Shown piece by piece: positions 1-12,141 of a stretch of DNA of 64,000 bases. The DNA lies in NCBI RefSeq assembly GCF_037042905.1, contig NC_087259.1:22754001-22818000 (forward strand), given 5' to 3'. The notes under the pieces were generated by a model. That model made no database searches. It had not been told where the DNA came from and saw only the letters and a program-made list of their open reading frames with translations. The DNA is from Lytechinus pictus (Eukaryota). The translations under genes were made by a program, and so were the position numbers. Each line of letters opens with the position of its first letter. Positions within the stretch are counted from its first letter, which is position 1.

Positions 1-999
1 GAATTGGCGTCCGAAGATGATGCTCATAATGTAAGGCATCCAGGCAAGATAGATAATCAGTGTCAGAATCATGATCATCTTAGTTGCCTTGATGTGGTTA
101 GTTGGTTTCACTGCCTGAGCTGGACGCCGCTCAGCCAAGATGGCATCTGTAATCTGTTCGGGCTTGTCTCGTAATTGTCCAGAGACAGTTGGGATATCCT
201 TGGAGGCAGCCGCACATGGATCCCTGATGGTAGTTACTCCAGTCTCGATGCTACATTCAAACTCATCGCTAGATCGTGTTCCAATTGTGACTTGTGGTGT
301 ATTCTTAGATGGCACTTTCGGCTTCTCTGACCACGCTTCAGTCACTGTTTTCTTGACACCCTTCGGCGATACTAAATGGTGAATGCGCCGGGAACGAGAT
401 TTTCTCAAAAACCACAGAATCCTAGCATAAAGAGAAGTGACAGTGGTGAGGCAAACAGCGAAGATGCCAACGACAATCCCCCGGTAAATCCAGAGCCCTT
501 GTGACTGTATTCCCCCGAAAGGCAAACAAAACTGATCGTCTTCGTACTTTGCATGGACCAATACAGCAGTATGCGTCAAGAAAGCTAAGATTAAGCACAA
601 GATATAGACCGTTCCAACGATCCAAAGATTTCGGGACTCTTTGACACTATTGCATAAAACGATACGATATCGAAATACCGCTAGGGCTACAGTCACAAAG
701 AGAGCCGAGAGGCAAGCAAGTCGACTCATGAAAATTACGTACTTACACATCCAGTCGTTACTTGTTACTAATCGAAAGCCAATATTTAACGGTGACGTCA
801 CACAAGCTGTAAAATTGATCGCAGCTAACCCCAAGAGCAGGAGATCTGTTGACGTGAACCCACCGAGGGCGCCCTTTTGACCTGCCCTCCTACGTTTCAT
901 CGACATCTTGTAAAAGACCCATATCAGAAACCCGTTTGCTGGGACGCCAATAAAGAACATGGAGCCATAGATGACCAAGATCGCCACCAGGACAGACAT
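1..999 (-). CDS. Rhodopsin-class (class A) GPCR, TM1-TM6, 3' end runs off the window
   Basis: Manual translation of the minus strand from ATG at 999 is open for 333 codons to base 1: MSVLVAILVIYGSMFFIGVPANGFLIWVFY (TM1, GxxxN), TDLLLLGLAAINFTAC (TM2), WMCKY..LAVFRYRIV (TM3, FRY at the DRY position), extracellular-loop Cys (DDQFCLPF), TSLYARILWFLR (TM5), long third intracellular loop, KATKMIMILTLIIYLAWMPY (TM6, WxP). A possible in-frame acceptor (..ccccag) just before 1017 allows an upstream exon. Absent from the ORF track because there is no stop codon in the window. Confidence 0.9.
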   Translation of the reverse strand, partial: MSVLVAILVIYGSMFFIGVPANGFLIWVFYKMSMKRRRAGQKGALGGFTSTDLLLLGLAAINFTACVTSPLNIGFRLVTSNDWMCKYVIFMSRLACLSALFVTVALAVFRYRIVLCNSVKESRNLWIVGTVYILCLILAFLTHTAVLVHAKYEDDQFCLPFGGIQSQGLWIYRGIVVGIFAVCLTTVTSLYARILWFLRKSRSRRIHHLVSPKGVKKTVTEAWSEKPKVPSKNTPQVTIGTRSSDEFECSIETGVTTIRDPCAAASKDIPTVSGQLRDKPEQITDAILAERRPAQAVKPTNHIKATKMIMILTLIIYLAWMPYIMSIIFGRQF

Positions 1000-1435
1000 C
1001 TTACTATTTTGACTGGTCTGGGGATAAATTTTAAAGAGGGACAACAAAATGATGTCACACATGTATAAACGCTATACGTTATGAATTTAATCATGTCTAC
1101 AAAAACCAAAGAGATCTTATTTGAAACACACACACACACCCTGTGCGTCCCAGAAAAAAAGTAAATCGCAATTCAATGTATTTTTTGCCATCACATTCAA
1201 AGTCGTAAATTTGCTTCGGAGACATAAGTCAATGAACAGATTTGCTTTCCCTCTTTCATTCGAAGCCCATCTTAACGTTCATCATCACATGACTGTCTTT
1301 TGAGTTAGAACAATAGAAATTGGTGATACCAAATTTCGCATTTGCACAAGCAAACTACGATTTTGAGTGAGTTATTCTGGCTTGGCCCCGCTCTGTGTCG
1401 TATCGAATGGTTATTTGAGTGTGCGAGCCCTTTGG

Positions 1436-3475
1436 ATAGTGTCACTCTGAAGCCATGTGCGAAGTTTCATGAGAAAATTGTTGGCAGAAGTAACAAAAAC
1501 CGTCTATGAAACAAATCCTTATTTCACTTTTGTTAAAATTTTGACTTCCTCTCTCATAGACATTGTGTACACTATGGGTGCATATTTTTAAGAATAAGTA
1601 ACCCCTCTTCAATATGGTGGAACCTTTTTCAAAGCTATCTTTAGCGCTATCATTTGGCAGTAATGTTTATCAACCTATGGGCAGAATTCTACACAAAAAA
1701 TGAAATCGATTTGTTTGTTTATGGATGAGTGAGCACGCCTCAAAGGGGAAAAGGGGCATTTTTAATGTCACAGACTCATTTTGAGGGGTTAAAAAGTGAA
1801 TAATGGGGGCAAATACATGCGTATAGGGAATCTACTTTTCTCAAGAGTGAGAATCATAAAATACATTTAACTGTGATGTATGAGTAAAAATATTGTCTTA
1901 AACATGATTTCTAAATAAATACATCACCTATTGGTCATGGGGGTAATAAATGCTGAACTTTGAAATTCAAAATGCCTGTCATAAGTCCTAAAAGTATTAT
2001 GTACATAGTAATTTGGGACATATAATTTTGACAGAATTTGACTTTGCTTGACTATAAGTATTGCATATGATTGTGATGTAAGAGTGAAATATTGTCTAAA
2101 ACCATTGTTCCTAACGAGGTATATCATATCTGATGCATGCTGCATTCTGAAGTGGAAAATGGCCGCCCATGGCCCTTATTGTATATGTACAATTTGAAAG
2201 AGGACAGATAATTTTCACAAATGGGCATATGGCGGCCATTTTGAATTTTAAAATATAACACCTATCACCTTAATTTTAGATGATATGATATAGTTCGTTA
2301 GTAATCATGTTTTCAGACAATATTTCACTCATACAACACCATTTACTTAAGCAAAGCCAAAATCTGTTTGGGGACAAAATCTTTTGTCCCCATTCACATT
2401 GTACATAATACTGTTGGGGCCTGTAGCGGCCATTTTGACTTTCAAAATACAGTATTTATCACCTACCTTGCAGAAGAACTGATATATCTTATTAGAAATT
2501 ATGCTTTCAGATAATATTTTACTGATAGATCACAATTATAGGCATTTATGGTGGTCACTCGTGTGAAAATGTATTTCCTAGTTCGCATTGTACATAATAC
2601 AATCAATGTCTAAGGCGGCCATTTTGAAAGTCAAAATACAGTATTATACACAAACTTTAAACCTGAATGATAAATTTCATTAAAAGTTATGTTTTCAGAC
2701 AGTATCCCATTTATTCATCACAAATAAATGAATTTCAGTGCTCACTCTTGTGATTTCTTTGGTCCTCTTTATTATTGTACATAATACTGTTAGGGCCTTT
2801 AGCGGCCATTTTGAATATCAAAATATAGCATTTATCACATACATGGCATATTAAATAATATATTTTGTGTTTTTAGTCAGTATTCCACTCGTTTCTCTTA
2901 ATAATATGCATCTTAGTGCTTACTATTGCGATTTTTGTTGGCCCCCATGCCATTAAAAAAAATACTATTTGGGCCAGTGGCAGCTATTTTGAATATTAAA
3001 TACAACAATTTTCCCATAAATGAATCAATAAATGATATATCATGTTAGCATTGATGATTTTCATATATAACTTCGTCCATAGATCACAATTACTTGCAGT
3101 TTAGTGATAATTTTTGTGAAAAATTAATTTTCCCTATGCATATTGTACATAATAGGGTATACAGAGGTCTGTGGCGGCCATTTTGAATATCAAGAAATAA
3201 ATACTTTGTCAAAAAAAAAAATTCGGATAGTTTTTCACTCCTGCAACACAATTACGTACATTTTATTGCCAATTTGCTGGCAATTTTATGATTTTCATGG
3301 GTAATATGCATATTTTGGCGGCCATATTAAATTTTGCCAATTTGCGGAAAATGCTCAAGGTTGCACGAGTGGCATCATTCAGATTTGTAATCAGCACCCT
3401 CGCATTGACAAAAATCCATCAAAATATATTGTATATATGAAAAATCAAGGTTATGCCTCTTCTATCCTGGACTAT
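1436..3475. repeat. Degenerate ~185-bp periodic array carrying GGCGGCCATTTTGAA, probably a non-autonomous DNA element
   Basis: Motif recurs at about 2231, 2425, 2614, 2801, 2979, 3174 and 3317, inverted at about 2158; region bounded by ATAGT...ACTAT. Boundaries uncertain. Confidence 0.45.
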
Positions 3476-3575
3476 TATTCAGATGACAATCACCATGATT
3501 ATCGTGAATTCGCGGCCGCTATCCATCTCTTCATAATTATATCCATGTTATCACTCACTTTTCCAAGAAACTAGT

Positions 3576-3741
3576 NNNNNNNNNNNNNNNNNNNNNNNNN
3601 NNNNNNNNNNNNNNNNNNNNNNNNNNNNNNNNNNNNNNNNNNNNNNNNNNNNNNNNNNNNNNNNNNNNNNNNNNNNNNNNNNNNNNNNNNNNNNNNNNNN
3701 NNNNNNNNNNNNNNNNNNNNNNNNNNNNNNNNNNNNNNNNN
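3576..3741. other. Assembly gap (N run)
   Basis: 166 N bases; the inverted partner copy has (CA)n(TA)n at the equivalent position. Confidence 0.99.
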
Positions 3742-3853
3742 TGTGGGTGTGTGTGAAAGAAATGAATCAAGAGAATAATGGTAGGTGTAGCGTTAAATCA
3801 AGGTTCCCCAGATCTATCTGCCCTTTTGGAAAAATTGGTGATGCCGAAAAATT

Positions 3854-3926
3854 GTCTCTGCCGGGAATCGAACTCGGGCCCCCAGCTTGAAACGCCGCCG
3901 GTGCCTTAACCACTATACCACAGAGA
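3854..3926 (-). pseudogene. Second, more degenerate tRNA-Glu-like copy
   Basis: Reverse complement of 4318-4387 with a 3-bp insertion and substitutions. Confidence 0.6.
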
Positions 3927-4317
3927 CGGGTTAGTGCTTGGGGAGACCCCGATCCGATTGACCGTCAGATGAGCAGATTTTCGACCAAGTTTATTTTCCT
4001 TTGTCGGGTTTAATGACAAGCCGCCATGCCCCGGCTGGATCAAAGCTATTGCTTAGATACAGTACATGTATAGGAAAAATTCTACAACTGTGAGAAATTA
4101 TACATGTACAACAGCTTTTGTGAAAGAAAATAATGAATGAAGAGAACAATGGTAGACGTACATGTAGCTTTAAATCAAGGTTCCCATAGCTATCTGCCTT
4201 TTTGGAAAAATTGGTGATGCCGAAAAAATGTCTCACCGGACAAAGGAAAATAAAATTGGTCGAAAATCTGCTCATCTGACGGTCAATCGGATCTGGGTCG
4301 CCCTAAGCACTAACCCG

Positions 4318-4387
4318 TCTCTGTGGTCTAGTGGTTAAGGCACCGGCGTTTCAAGCTGGGGGCGCGGGTTCGATTCCCGGCAGAGAC
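4318..4387 (+). pseudogene. tRNA-Glu-like sequence (pseudo-tRNA / SINE-type head)
   Basis: TCTCTGTGGTCTAGTGGTTAAGG (A box) ... TTTCA (TTC at anticodon position) ... GGTTCGATTCCCGGCAGAGA (B box, acceptor stem); the anticodon stem pairs poorly. Confidence 0.65.
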
Positions 4388-4483
4388 AATTTTTCGGCAT
4401 CACCAATTTTTCCAATAGGGCAGATAGCTCTGGGGAACCATGATTTAAAGCTACACCTACCATTGTTCTCGATTCATTTCTTT

Positions 4484-4538
<55 letters not shown>

Positions 4539-4998
4539 CACATACCCACACGCTAGCTTCTTGGAAAGGTGAGTGATAACATGGATATAATGAAGAGATG
4601 GATTGCGGCCGTGAATTCACGAACAAGTGACTGTAATCATGGTTATTGTCATCTGAATAACATTATATTCATATTACTTGCGCAGAAGATAATATATAAA
4701 TTAAAGTGGTACTCAAGGCTGAAAATGATATTTGAACAGATAATGGAAAATCAGACAAACAATGTAAATTTGATGAAAATCGGAGTCGGACAAAGAATAC
4801 CAAAGCTATGACATTTCAAAGATTTGCATTATTTTGGTGAACTGTATAGTTTCATGTATGTCTTCATGAATATCAATGAGCAAATTGATGTTGTCATATC
4901 CCTAATTATTGTCCAATAATTCTTGTGTATTTTTAAAATATTGAGTTTATTTAAATTTTGTCCTCCAGGAATTCAGAAAAAATTGGATTGATAACTCA

Positions 4999-5029
<31 letters not shown>

Positions 5030-5118
5030 AAAGAAATGGATGAAGAGAACAAGGAATACAATACTTTACAATATTTAAATAAAAGAGTTGCCAAAGCTGT
5101 TGTACATGTATAACTTTA

Positions 5119-5149
<31 letters not shown>

Positions 5150-6364
5150 AAAACACATACCCACACACTTGTTTCTTGGAAAAGTGAGTGATAACATGAA
5201 TATAATTATATGCTTCGGTGATTTTTTTTTCATGCAGAAACGAATTTTTATAAGAATTATACAATTTATCCATGCCTTTGCATGCATTGGGGAAAATGCA
5301 AAAGCAAAATAAATTACACCGATAAGTCTTGAATCAGAATGATGGATACGATTCAAGATGAAAATTTAAAATTGTTAATTATTAGGTTTGATTTCATTGG
5401 AGTAGTCACAAATGGATATCTCTTTTTGGAAGATCACACACATTTTCTTTAAAGGACTTAAAATAGTTATAAGATATACTTACCCGTTGGTTGCACTGTT
5501 TTGATTTTGGCTTCAGTGTTGATATAACTTGGAAGTTTTATAGGTGATGCAATTGAATAAAAGAAGTCGTTATTTACGTTTCAGAAGAACATATTCTGAA
5601 GACGACTCCCGACGACTTTATGTTGATTGCTTGGCAATATAGATCGTGATTCTGATCTATTTAGTGATTTCGTTCGGAATGATAGCATCTCAATCGACCG
5701 ACCGATACATTATTTAAAATAAGGAGTCACCGTGACTTTGATTCTGCACGCGACGCAACACGTATAGATGAAGTATTTCCGACTTTCTGATTGGTAGTAT
5801 TTATACAACAAGGACACAATGTAATGAATATTCATCATTTCGGAATAGATTTGTCTCCGTAATTGGTGCATACCTATTACCTCCATGCTTTGTGAAAATC
5901 ATCTGCGCTGGAGGACAGCTTCTTCAGACGGGGATATGGATCTTCTGACAAAACAAACGCGATATACATTATTGTAAGCGACCGAGCTTGTCATTAGGGT
6001 GCTTTTGCATTTTGAAAAATAAAATTGAAGATTTTTTTCATACTTTTGGTGAATTTTATGAAAATTTTCATCAAAAAATGTAAATATTCTAAATTTTTGT
6101 GTGTGTGTGGGGGGGGGGGGGTTACTGCCCCCACCCCCGGTGCAAACGACCATGGACTAAATACTCAAACAACAATAAAATTTAATAGCCTTTGTTTAGC
6201 GGCAGACCGGATAATAATGATTTTATTTTATTTTATTTCAGCATTTTTCCAACAGAAATTATTAACATACATAGTGTACAACATAAAAAAAAATAGTGAT
6301 ACATTTCTTTTTACAAAAATAAATACAAATAGTAATTCATTGGCATGAAATGTATATAGATAGT

Positions 6365-6500
6365 ATTAGTCGGGTTTCCATCCGTACGGATTTGCCTCCC
6401 AGCATGAAAAGAGAAAGAGGAAGATTGGCAGCAATTGCATACAACATTCGTAAGAACAATAACCTGGCAACCAGGATCAAAGTCACTGGAACCATGGACC
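6365..6500 (+). pseudogene. Fragment of a LINE ORF1 C-terminus
   Basis: SRVSIRTDLPPSMKRERGRLAAIAYNIRKNNNLATRIKVTGT aligns with SRISVRTDLPPCMKFRRGKLASVAYRLRKENNMSTKILVQGT of the 7963-8796 ORF. Confidence 0.8.
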
Positions 6501-7983
6501 TATTCGTAATAGGTCCATGCTGGAACCACGATTTTGCTACAAACATGCAAACCTGTAAAGAATGGAGGCACGCCAGATCGTTGGGCTAGTTGGTCCGAGT
6601 AATCTTCATCCAAGAGCACCCATGTAATATATTTGATTTTGTTTATACATCATAGTCATATCTTATTAACTTATAAATTTGGATGTGAGTAAACTACAAT
6701 TTTTTAACATGATCATTCGCAAAATTTTGACTTTTTATATGTAGTAAATTGCATACCACGGTTCAATTTATACATCTTGACATGATTATGCCCAGTGAAA
6801 AAAATGTGTCCGTATGAGAAACAGGTTCTATACTTCTGGAGTTTACTCAACATTTCGCATTTGTTGATACCAGATTTAAGTGAATATTACAGTAAATGTA
6901 TACCAGGCACTTACCTGTATATGCTGATGGTAATAGTAACCAGATAGCATTCTCATTTTCTTTTAAATATCAATCAAAACTTACATCTCCATTTAAAGCA
7001 TAATAATTTTTTCTCTGGGGCCTATTAATTTACACACAAAAAAAAAATTATAGTAAAATATATGTGCATTGAAAAAATTTGACTTTTTTGCTAAAATTTA
7101 CGGGAATTCTAAGTATTGAACATCCTTAACTTGACTAACTCCTGGCGGTGCTTGTATTCATATAGCATTCTCATTTTCCTTTAAATTTAAGTAAATTTAA
7201 GTAAAAATAACCATTGTAAAGAGGTGAATGATTTTGTAAGATCTAACTTAGAATTTTAACATAGGCCGTAGAGGAGACAACATTTACTTATTTTGCTCTT
7301 CATGAAAGCATGTATGCTTAATATACAATGGGAGAGAAAGTATAGTACTATGACTGTATGAGCTTTTTTTTAAGATAGTAGAAGAAAATTTTCATCTAGA
7401 TCTTTTTTATAAACCCCTCTGAATTAAGATTCAAAACTTCAACTGAGTAAAATTTGGACATGCTTAGTGCCGGTTGAAACTTGGAATTGTTTTTTCACCC
7501 TCGTGGTTTTAATTTTTCAAAATAATACTCTATGGGCATGATGGGTTCACAATCCAATAAACGGATGGTCATGTGCATTATAGACTTGCCTTCGATTTTG
7601 AATCTTGATTCATTTATATAATCATGTGCATAGAAATGTTTGACCTTTTGTATTACAATTGCTTACAGTTTTATTGACGTAGTCATTCACATGATTAACA
7701 CAAGCTCTTTTGATAAAAATATAAATTATAATCATGTTAATCATGGTGCGCTACATGGACGCCGTTGTGTAAACACGCTCTTTTCTGACAGCTCCGGGCT
7801 GGTGCAAATTACTACAGAATTATTACAATCAAACTGTACCTTTCTTGGATTTACTTATCTGATATACATTCAGTTATCAGGTCTTGGAAACAATATATCA
7901 GTTTCATCTGGTTTTGACGAATTTTTGACTGCATTTCTTCAAATAAAGTTCTGTCATCGAACTTGAATTTCAGCAGCTCAAGC

Positions 7984-8796
7984 ATGCCGTATGATACACG
8001 AGCGAAGCAACCGATGAATCAACACGCACCAGCCCCGCCCACTACCCCGCCCGACCAGACCACCCTCAGTGAACTTAAAGCGGAAGTCATGAAATTGTCT
8101 GATGTTCTTTGCAAGAAAATTGACTCAATTCACATTAAAATTTCTGATATCGAAACATCATTGAAAGATACCAGCGACAGGGCCTTGAATATTGAACAAC
8201 ATGTAATCCCTCAACTACGCAACGATCATAAAGCTGAGGTGGCAGCATTGGAAAAGAAGATTTTGATGATGGAAATTTATCAACGTAAAGGTAACCTATT
8301 ATTCTATGGAGTTGAGCAAGCAAGAGAAGAAAATGTGTACGAGAAGCTTGTAAATGTTTTCATCGATTTGGGCCTACCAAGGGAAGAATCTGCGGGGATT
8401 ATGATCATCAACGCTCATCGACTTCCACGGAAAACGCGAAACGTCGATGGATCACCAGCACGCGATCAAGGACCGGAGCCCATTATCGCCAAGTTTGCAA
8501 TCATGAGGGATCGCCAGCACATTCTCGACGCTTACCTAGCACGCAACAAAAACGTAACCGATAGCGACGATCAAGCAACTAGTCAGGGTGCTCCCCGCGG
8601 AAGGCGAAGCAGGATCTCAGTGAGAACCGATCTCCCGCCGTGCATGAAATTCCGTCGTGGAAAGCTAGCAAGCGTTGCATATCGCCTTCGCAAGGAAAAC
8701 AACATGTCTACGAAGATACTTGTACAAGGAACTGAAGTCATTCTCAAGTTCAAGGGAAAAAGCGAGAGAGAATGGAAAACCTACAACGACGAATAA
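7984..8796 (+). CDS. LINE ORF1 protein (coiled coil + L1-ORF1-like RRM and C-terminal domain)
   Basis: First ATG at 7984; heptad region, then RKGNLLFYGVE, AHRLP, PIIAKF and ISVRTDLP motifs typical of L1-type ORF1p; intact frame; GC-richer 5' UTR-like stretch from about 7740. Confidence 0.85.
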   Translation: MPYDTRAKQPMNQHAPAPPTTPPDQTTLSELKAEVMKLSDVLCKKIDSIHIKISDIETSLKDTSDRALNIEQHVIPQLRNDHKAEVAALEKKILMMEIYQRKGNLLFYGVEQAREENVYEKLVNVFIDLGLPREESAGIMIINAHRLPRKTRNVDGSPARDQGPEPIIAKFAIMRDRQHILDAYLARNKNVTDSDDQATSQGAPRGRRSRISVRTDLPPCMKFRRGKLASVAYRLRKENNMSTKILVQGTEVILKFKGKSEREWKTYNDE

Positions 8797-10674
8797 AATC
8801 AGAGGATGAAGACTTCTCCGATCAACTCCCTAAGGCAAGATTACGGACAAATCAGAACATGAAACCAAAGTAAGATTAACCACTTTCGCTCATTTTGATG
8901 TAAAAAAAAAAATTATTCATGAAAAGATAATCTGAGAAAGATTTGACGATGATTTAAAATATTTGTTTAGTTTCATTGGCATTTTTAACGAAGTTATAAA
9001 GTCTGTTGACATAAATTTTAAAAGATAAATCTGAAAGAAATGTCAAGATTTATACACCTTTATCTTGTTAATTTCACAATAAAAGATTGAGCTAAAAGAA
9101 TTTTAAAAAGATAATTAATACATTATTAAATTTTTAGCAAGATCAAATAATTGGATTGGTTTTTTTTTTGTCTTGTATTAAATATCTGCGAAACCTGTAT
9201 ATTTCATTAAAATACGACAATGTGATCAAACATGGATAATACAATCATTTCAAATGAAAGCTGTTATAAGATATCATAAATATGTACGACCTTTTTTTAC
9301 TTCGATGATAATACAAAAATATTGAAAGAGTTGCTTTCACAATTTGCAACAAGTTTAATATAAACATGCCTGGATATTTAAAGTCGTGTAGACTGTGATT
9401 TTCCAGATTGTTATTATCAGGGATTAGTCCTTTATTCATCAAATTCCCATTAAATAAAAATTAATCATGCTTATTATTCCACTCTTACTGATCGGTGAAA
9501 ACATACAATCATGATTTGAGTTTCGATATTAACAATTTTTGGACGCAAATAATTCTTCTTTTTCACGGAAAATCGTCAAACCTGTTTCACAAGAAACCTT
9601 TATGAGCGTGTAATTGAAATGTACGTATCAGCTATTGAGTGATCTCAATTCAGTTTGGCCAAGATAACATCTTTTTGCTGGACATGCTTGTTTACATTAA
9701 TACAGCTTTTCTTAAACAACATGATCATTCTAAAGCGCTGCTTTTTACACCTTGTTTAGAATCGCTCTGTATACTCGGCAATTCAAGGTGTACATGTCTT
9801 GTGATCATTTTTACCTTTTTTAATGTTGTTTTCAAAAGAAATATAAAACAGATGGTACTTCCATTAGAATACTGAATGCACTAGCGTACTGTTAAGGGGA
9901 AAGATAAGCTGTATTTATGTACACACATCGTGACTTTAAATATTCGTAATAACTATGTAAACGTTTCGATTATTTTTTTACTTGTAATTTGCAGGTTACA
10001 GGCTTGTATGAAATATCACTCCTATAATCGGTGATATACACGATTGACATGTTGAGAACCTGAGATTCTCTTATATTCTTTTCAGAAAAAAACTGAATAA
10101 ATTTCTCTGTTATCGAATGAACTAAAAAAAAAAAAAATTATGGTATTGCTTTTCCATAAATGCTTGTTTCTTCACTGTCATAATATACGTTATGCTGATA
10201 TGACTAGTGTGTACTTGTTTTGATATATCACTCCCAAATATTGTTCTGTATATAGTTTTCTTTGCCACACATATCCACCTCTGTGTTTCTAATGAGGAAA
10301 AGAATGTTGCTAACATTATACGCTTACATGACATACACTGCATGAGTGAATCTATGCGAAAAAAACAATAATTTTACTCTTTCTTCTTCAATCTTGCCAG
10401 TTATTTCTTCTTTTTTTTTGCCAGGATAAACTTGCATATGTCTTTTTTTTTCCATGCTATAAACATACTAATGGACGCAAAATAACTCTAATTCTATTTG
10501 TATGGAAAAAAAAAGTCCTTTATAATTCTCTTAAAAGTTGCTTCCAAAAATATACTAAAACATATCTAAAATATTACAACTTCTTGTATATTTTCTCCAA
10601 TGAAAGAGATCTCACTTTGCATTATTGTTTATGACCATCCAACTTCAATTCTGTCGAATTAACACGATTTTTAT

Positions 10675-10930
10675 TTTCATTGCAACTAAAATCACCTCCT
10701 CAAACAGTTCAATGCAATGAATACAGTGGAATGCCTATGCAAATGATCATCGCTTATACAATTCAAACAGTTCAATGTCCTGCAGAGAACTGATTTTTTT
10801 TTTCTAATTGCAAGTAAAATCACCTTCCCAAACAGTTCAATACAATGAATATATATAGTGGAATGCCTATGCAAATGGTCGTCGCTTATTCGATTCAAAC
10901 AGTTCAAAGTCTTGCACTGAACTGATTTTG
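10675..10930. repeat. Two-copy ~127-bp tandem duplication
   Basis: ttgcaa..aaaatcacct..caaacagttcaat..agtggaatgcctatgcaaatg..aactgatttt occurs twice in tandem. Confidence 0.8.
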
Positions 10931-12141
10931 TATACAATGTCATTATCATTTATTTGGTTTGTCTGTACACTCTTGTCAAACTTGCAAGTAATTTAAATTA
11001 CATGTAAATGAGTGTTAATAGAACAGGTTGCATTGCAAGCAAACATCTACATTATTCCAAGTGCACTATTGTATTTTAACAACACCTTGTCCCTTTTCGG
11101 ATTTAATTGTGGCATCTTATTTGGTCTTTATGCCTTGTTTGATTGTTTGAAACAGAAAAATTCCAGCATAAACAGATAAATGAGGATCCCATATAATCAT
11201 GTTTCCGACACATCACATATTGTCTACTGTGTTTACCATGCACTATAACTGCATTCTTTCGTATATCTTTCATCATTCCAAAGCAAACATTTAGAGTGTT
11301 TCAATTATGGTCTGACATAAATACCTTTTTTGTAGTTATATTGCATTCATTGATCAATTAGAATTGAATAGAATTGAATCGGTTATAAAGTATACGTATA
11401 GGTGTATCGGAATTCCATGTAAATGAGGATCTTTTTGCTCTTTCAACGACTTTTTAAAATCACTATTTGTATAACAATTGAGACGTTGTTATGTATATTG
11501 TTATGTATATATTTGATCTCGTACTTTTTTTTTTCACAGCAATGCCTGTATTGCCCTATTACATTCTCAATCATTCATGGCTTGCTGACATAGAAGTAAA
11601 TGCTTTTCTATATGCATTCCAATCCCATTCACAGTTCGATGGCAATTTCCTATTTTTGTTCTTTCTAACTCTGAGAGGCAAGAAACTTTCTATTCAAATT
11701 GAAGACGCCTGTTTATTCATGAACAATCACATTTTGCTCTTGATTATTGTATTTGTTGGAGTTTATGACTCTATAGATAGACTATCCCCTATTCACTGTA
11801 TATACATATAGATATGCCTTTGCAGAAGATAGGCCCACGGTTAGTGAATAATAGAATAATGTAAAGCACGTTAATCATTTAAGGCACTATGATGTAATGA
11901 AATCGCCATACCGTCTGGAAAAAAAAAATCTTTATTACCAGCTGTTAATTGTATTAAAAGGTTTAAAAAGCCATTTCAATTTCATATTATCTTTAAAACT
12001 TATTTTACCAAACATTGGACAAAGATATATCAATATTTTCAAAGATCCATCATATAATTTATTTTAATGACAATGATGTAAGCACCAGCCCGAGTCTGTC
12101 AGATCGTCACACGTAAGTGAACATGTATAACACTTTCTTCA

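Larger units (their letters stand above)
3476..4661. repeat. Inverted pair of a tRNA-like/microsatellite repeat module
   Basis: 3476-4002 is the diverged reverse complement of 4241-4661; further partial copies at about 4090-4238 and 5083-5205. Confidence 0.85.

Noticed and set aside
140-1068. Plus-strand ORFs 140-382, 641-880 and 877-1068
   Set aside because: Antisense shadows of the GPCR coding sequence.
4318-4387. Functional tRNA-Glu gene
   Set aside because: Anticodon stem pairs poorly and it is part of a diverged repeat module; kept only as tRNA-like.
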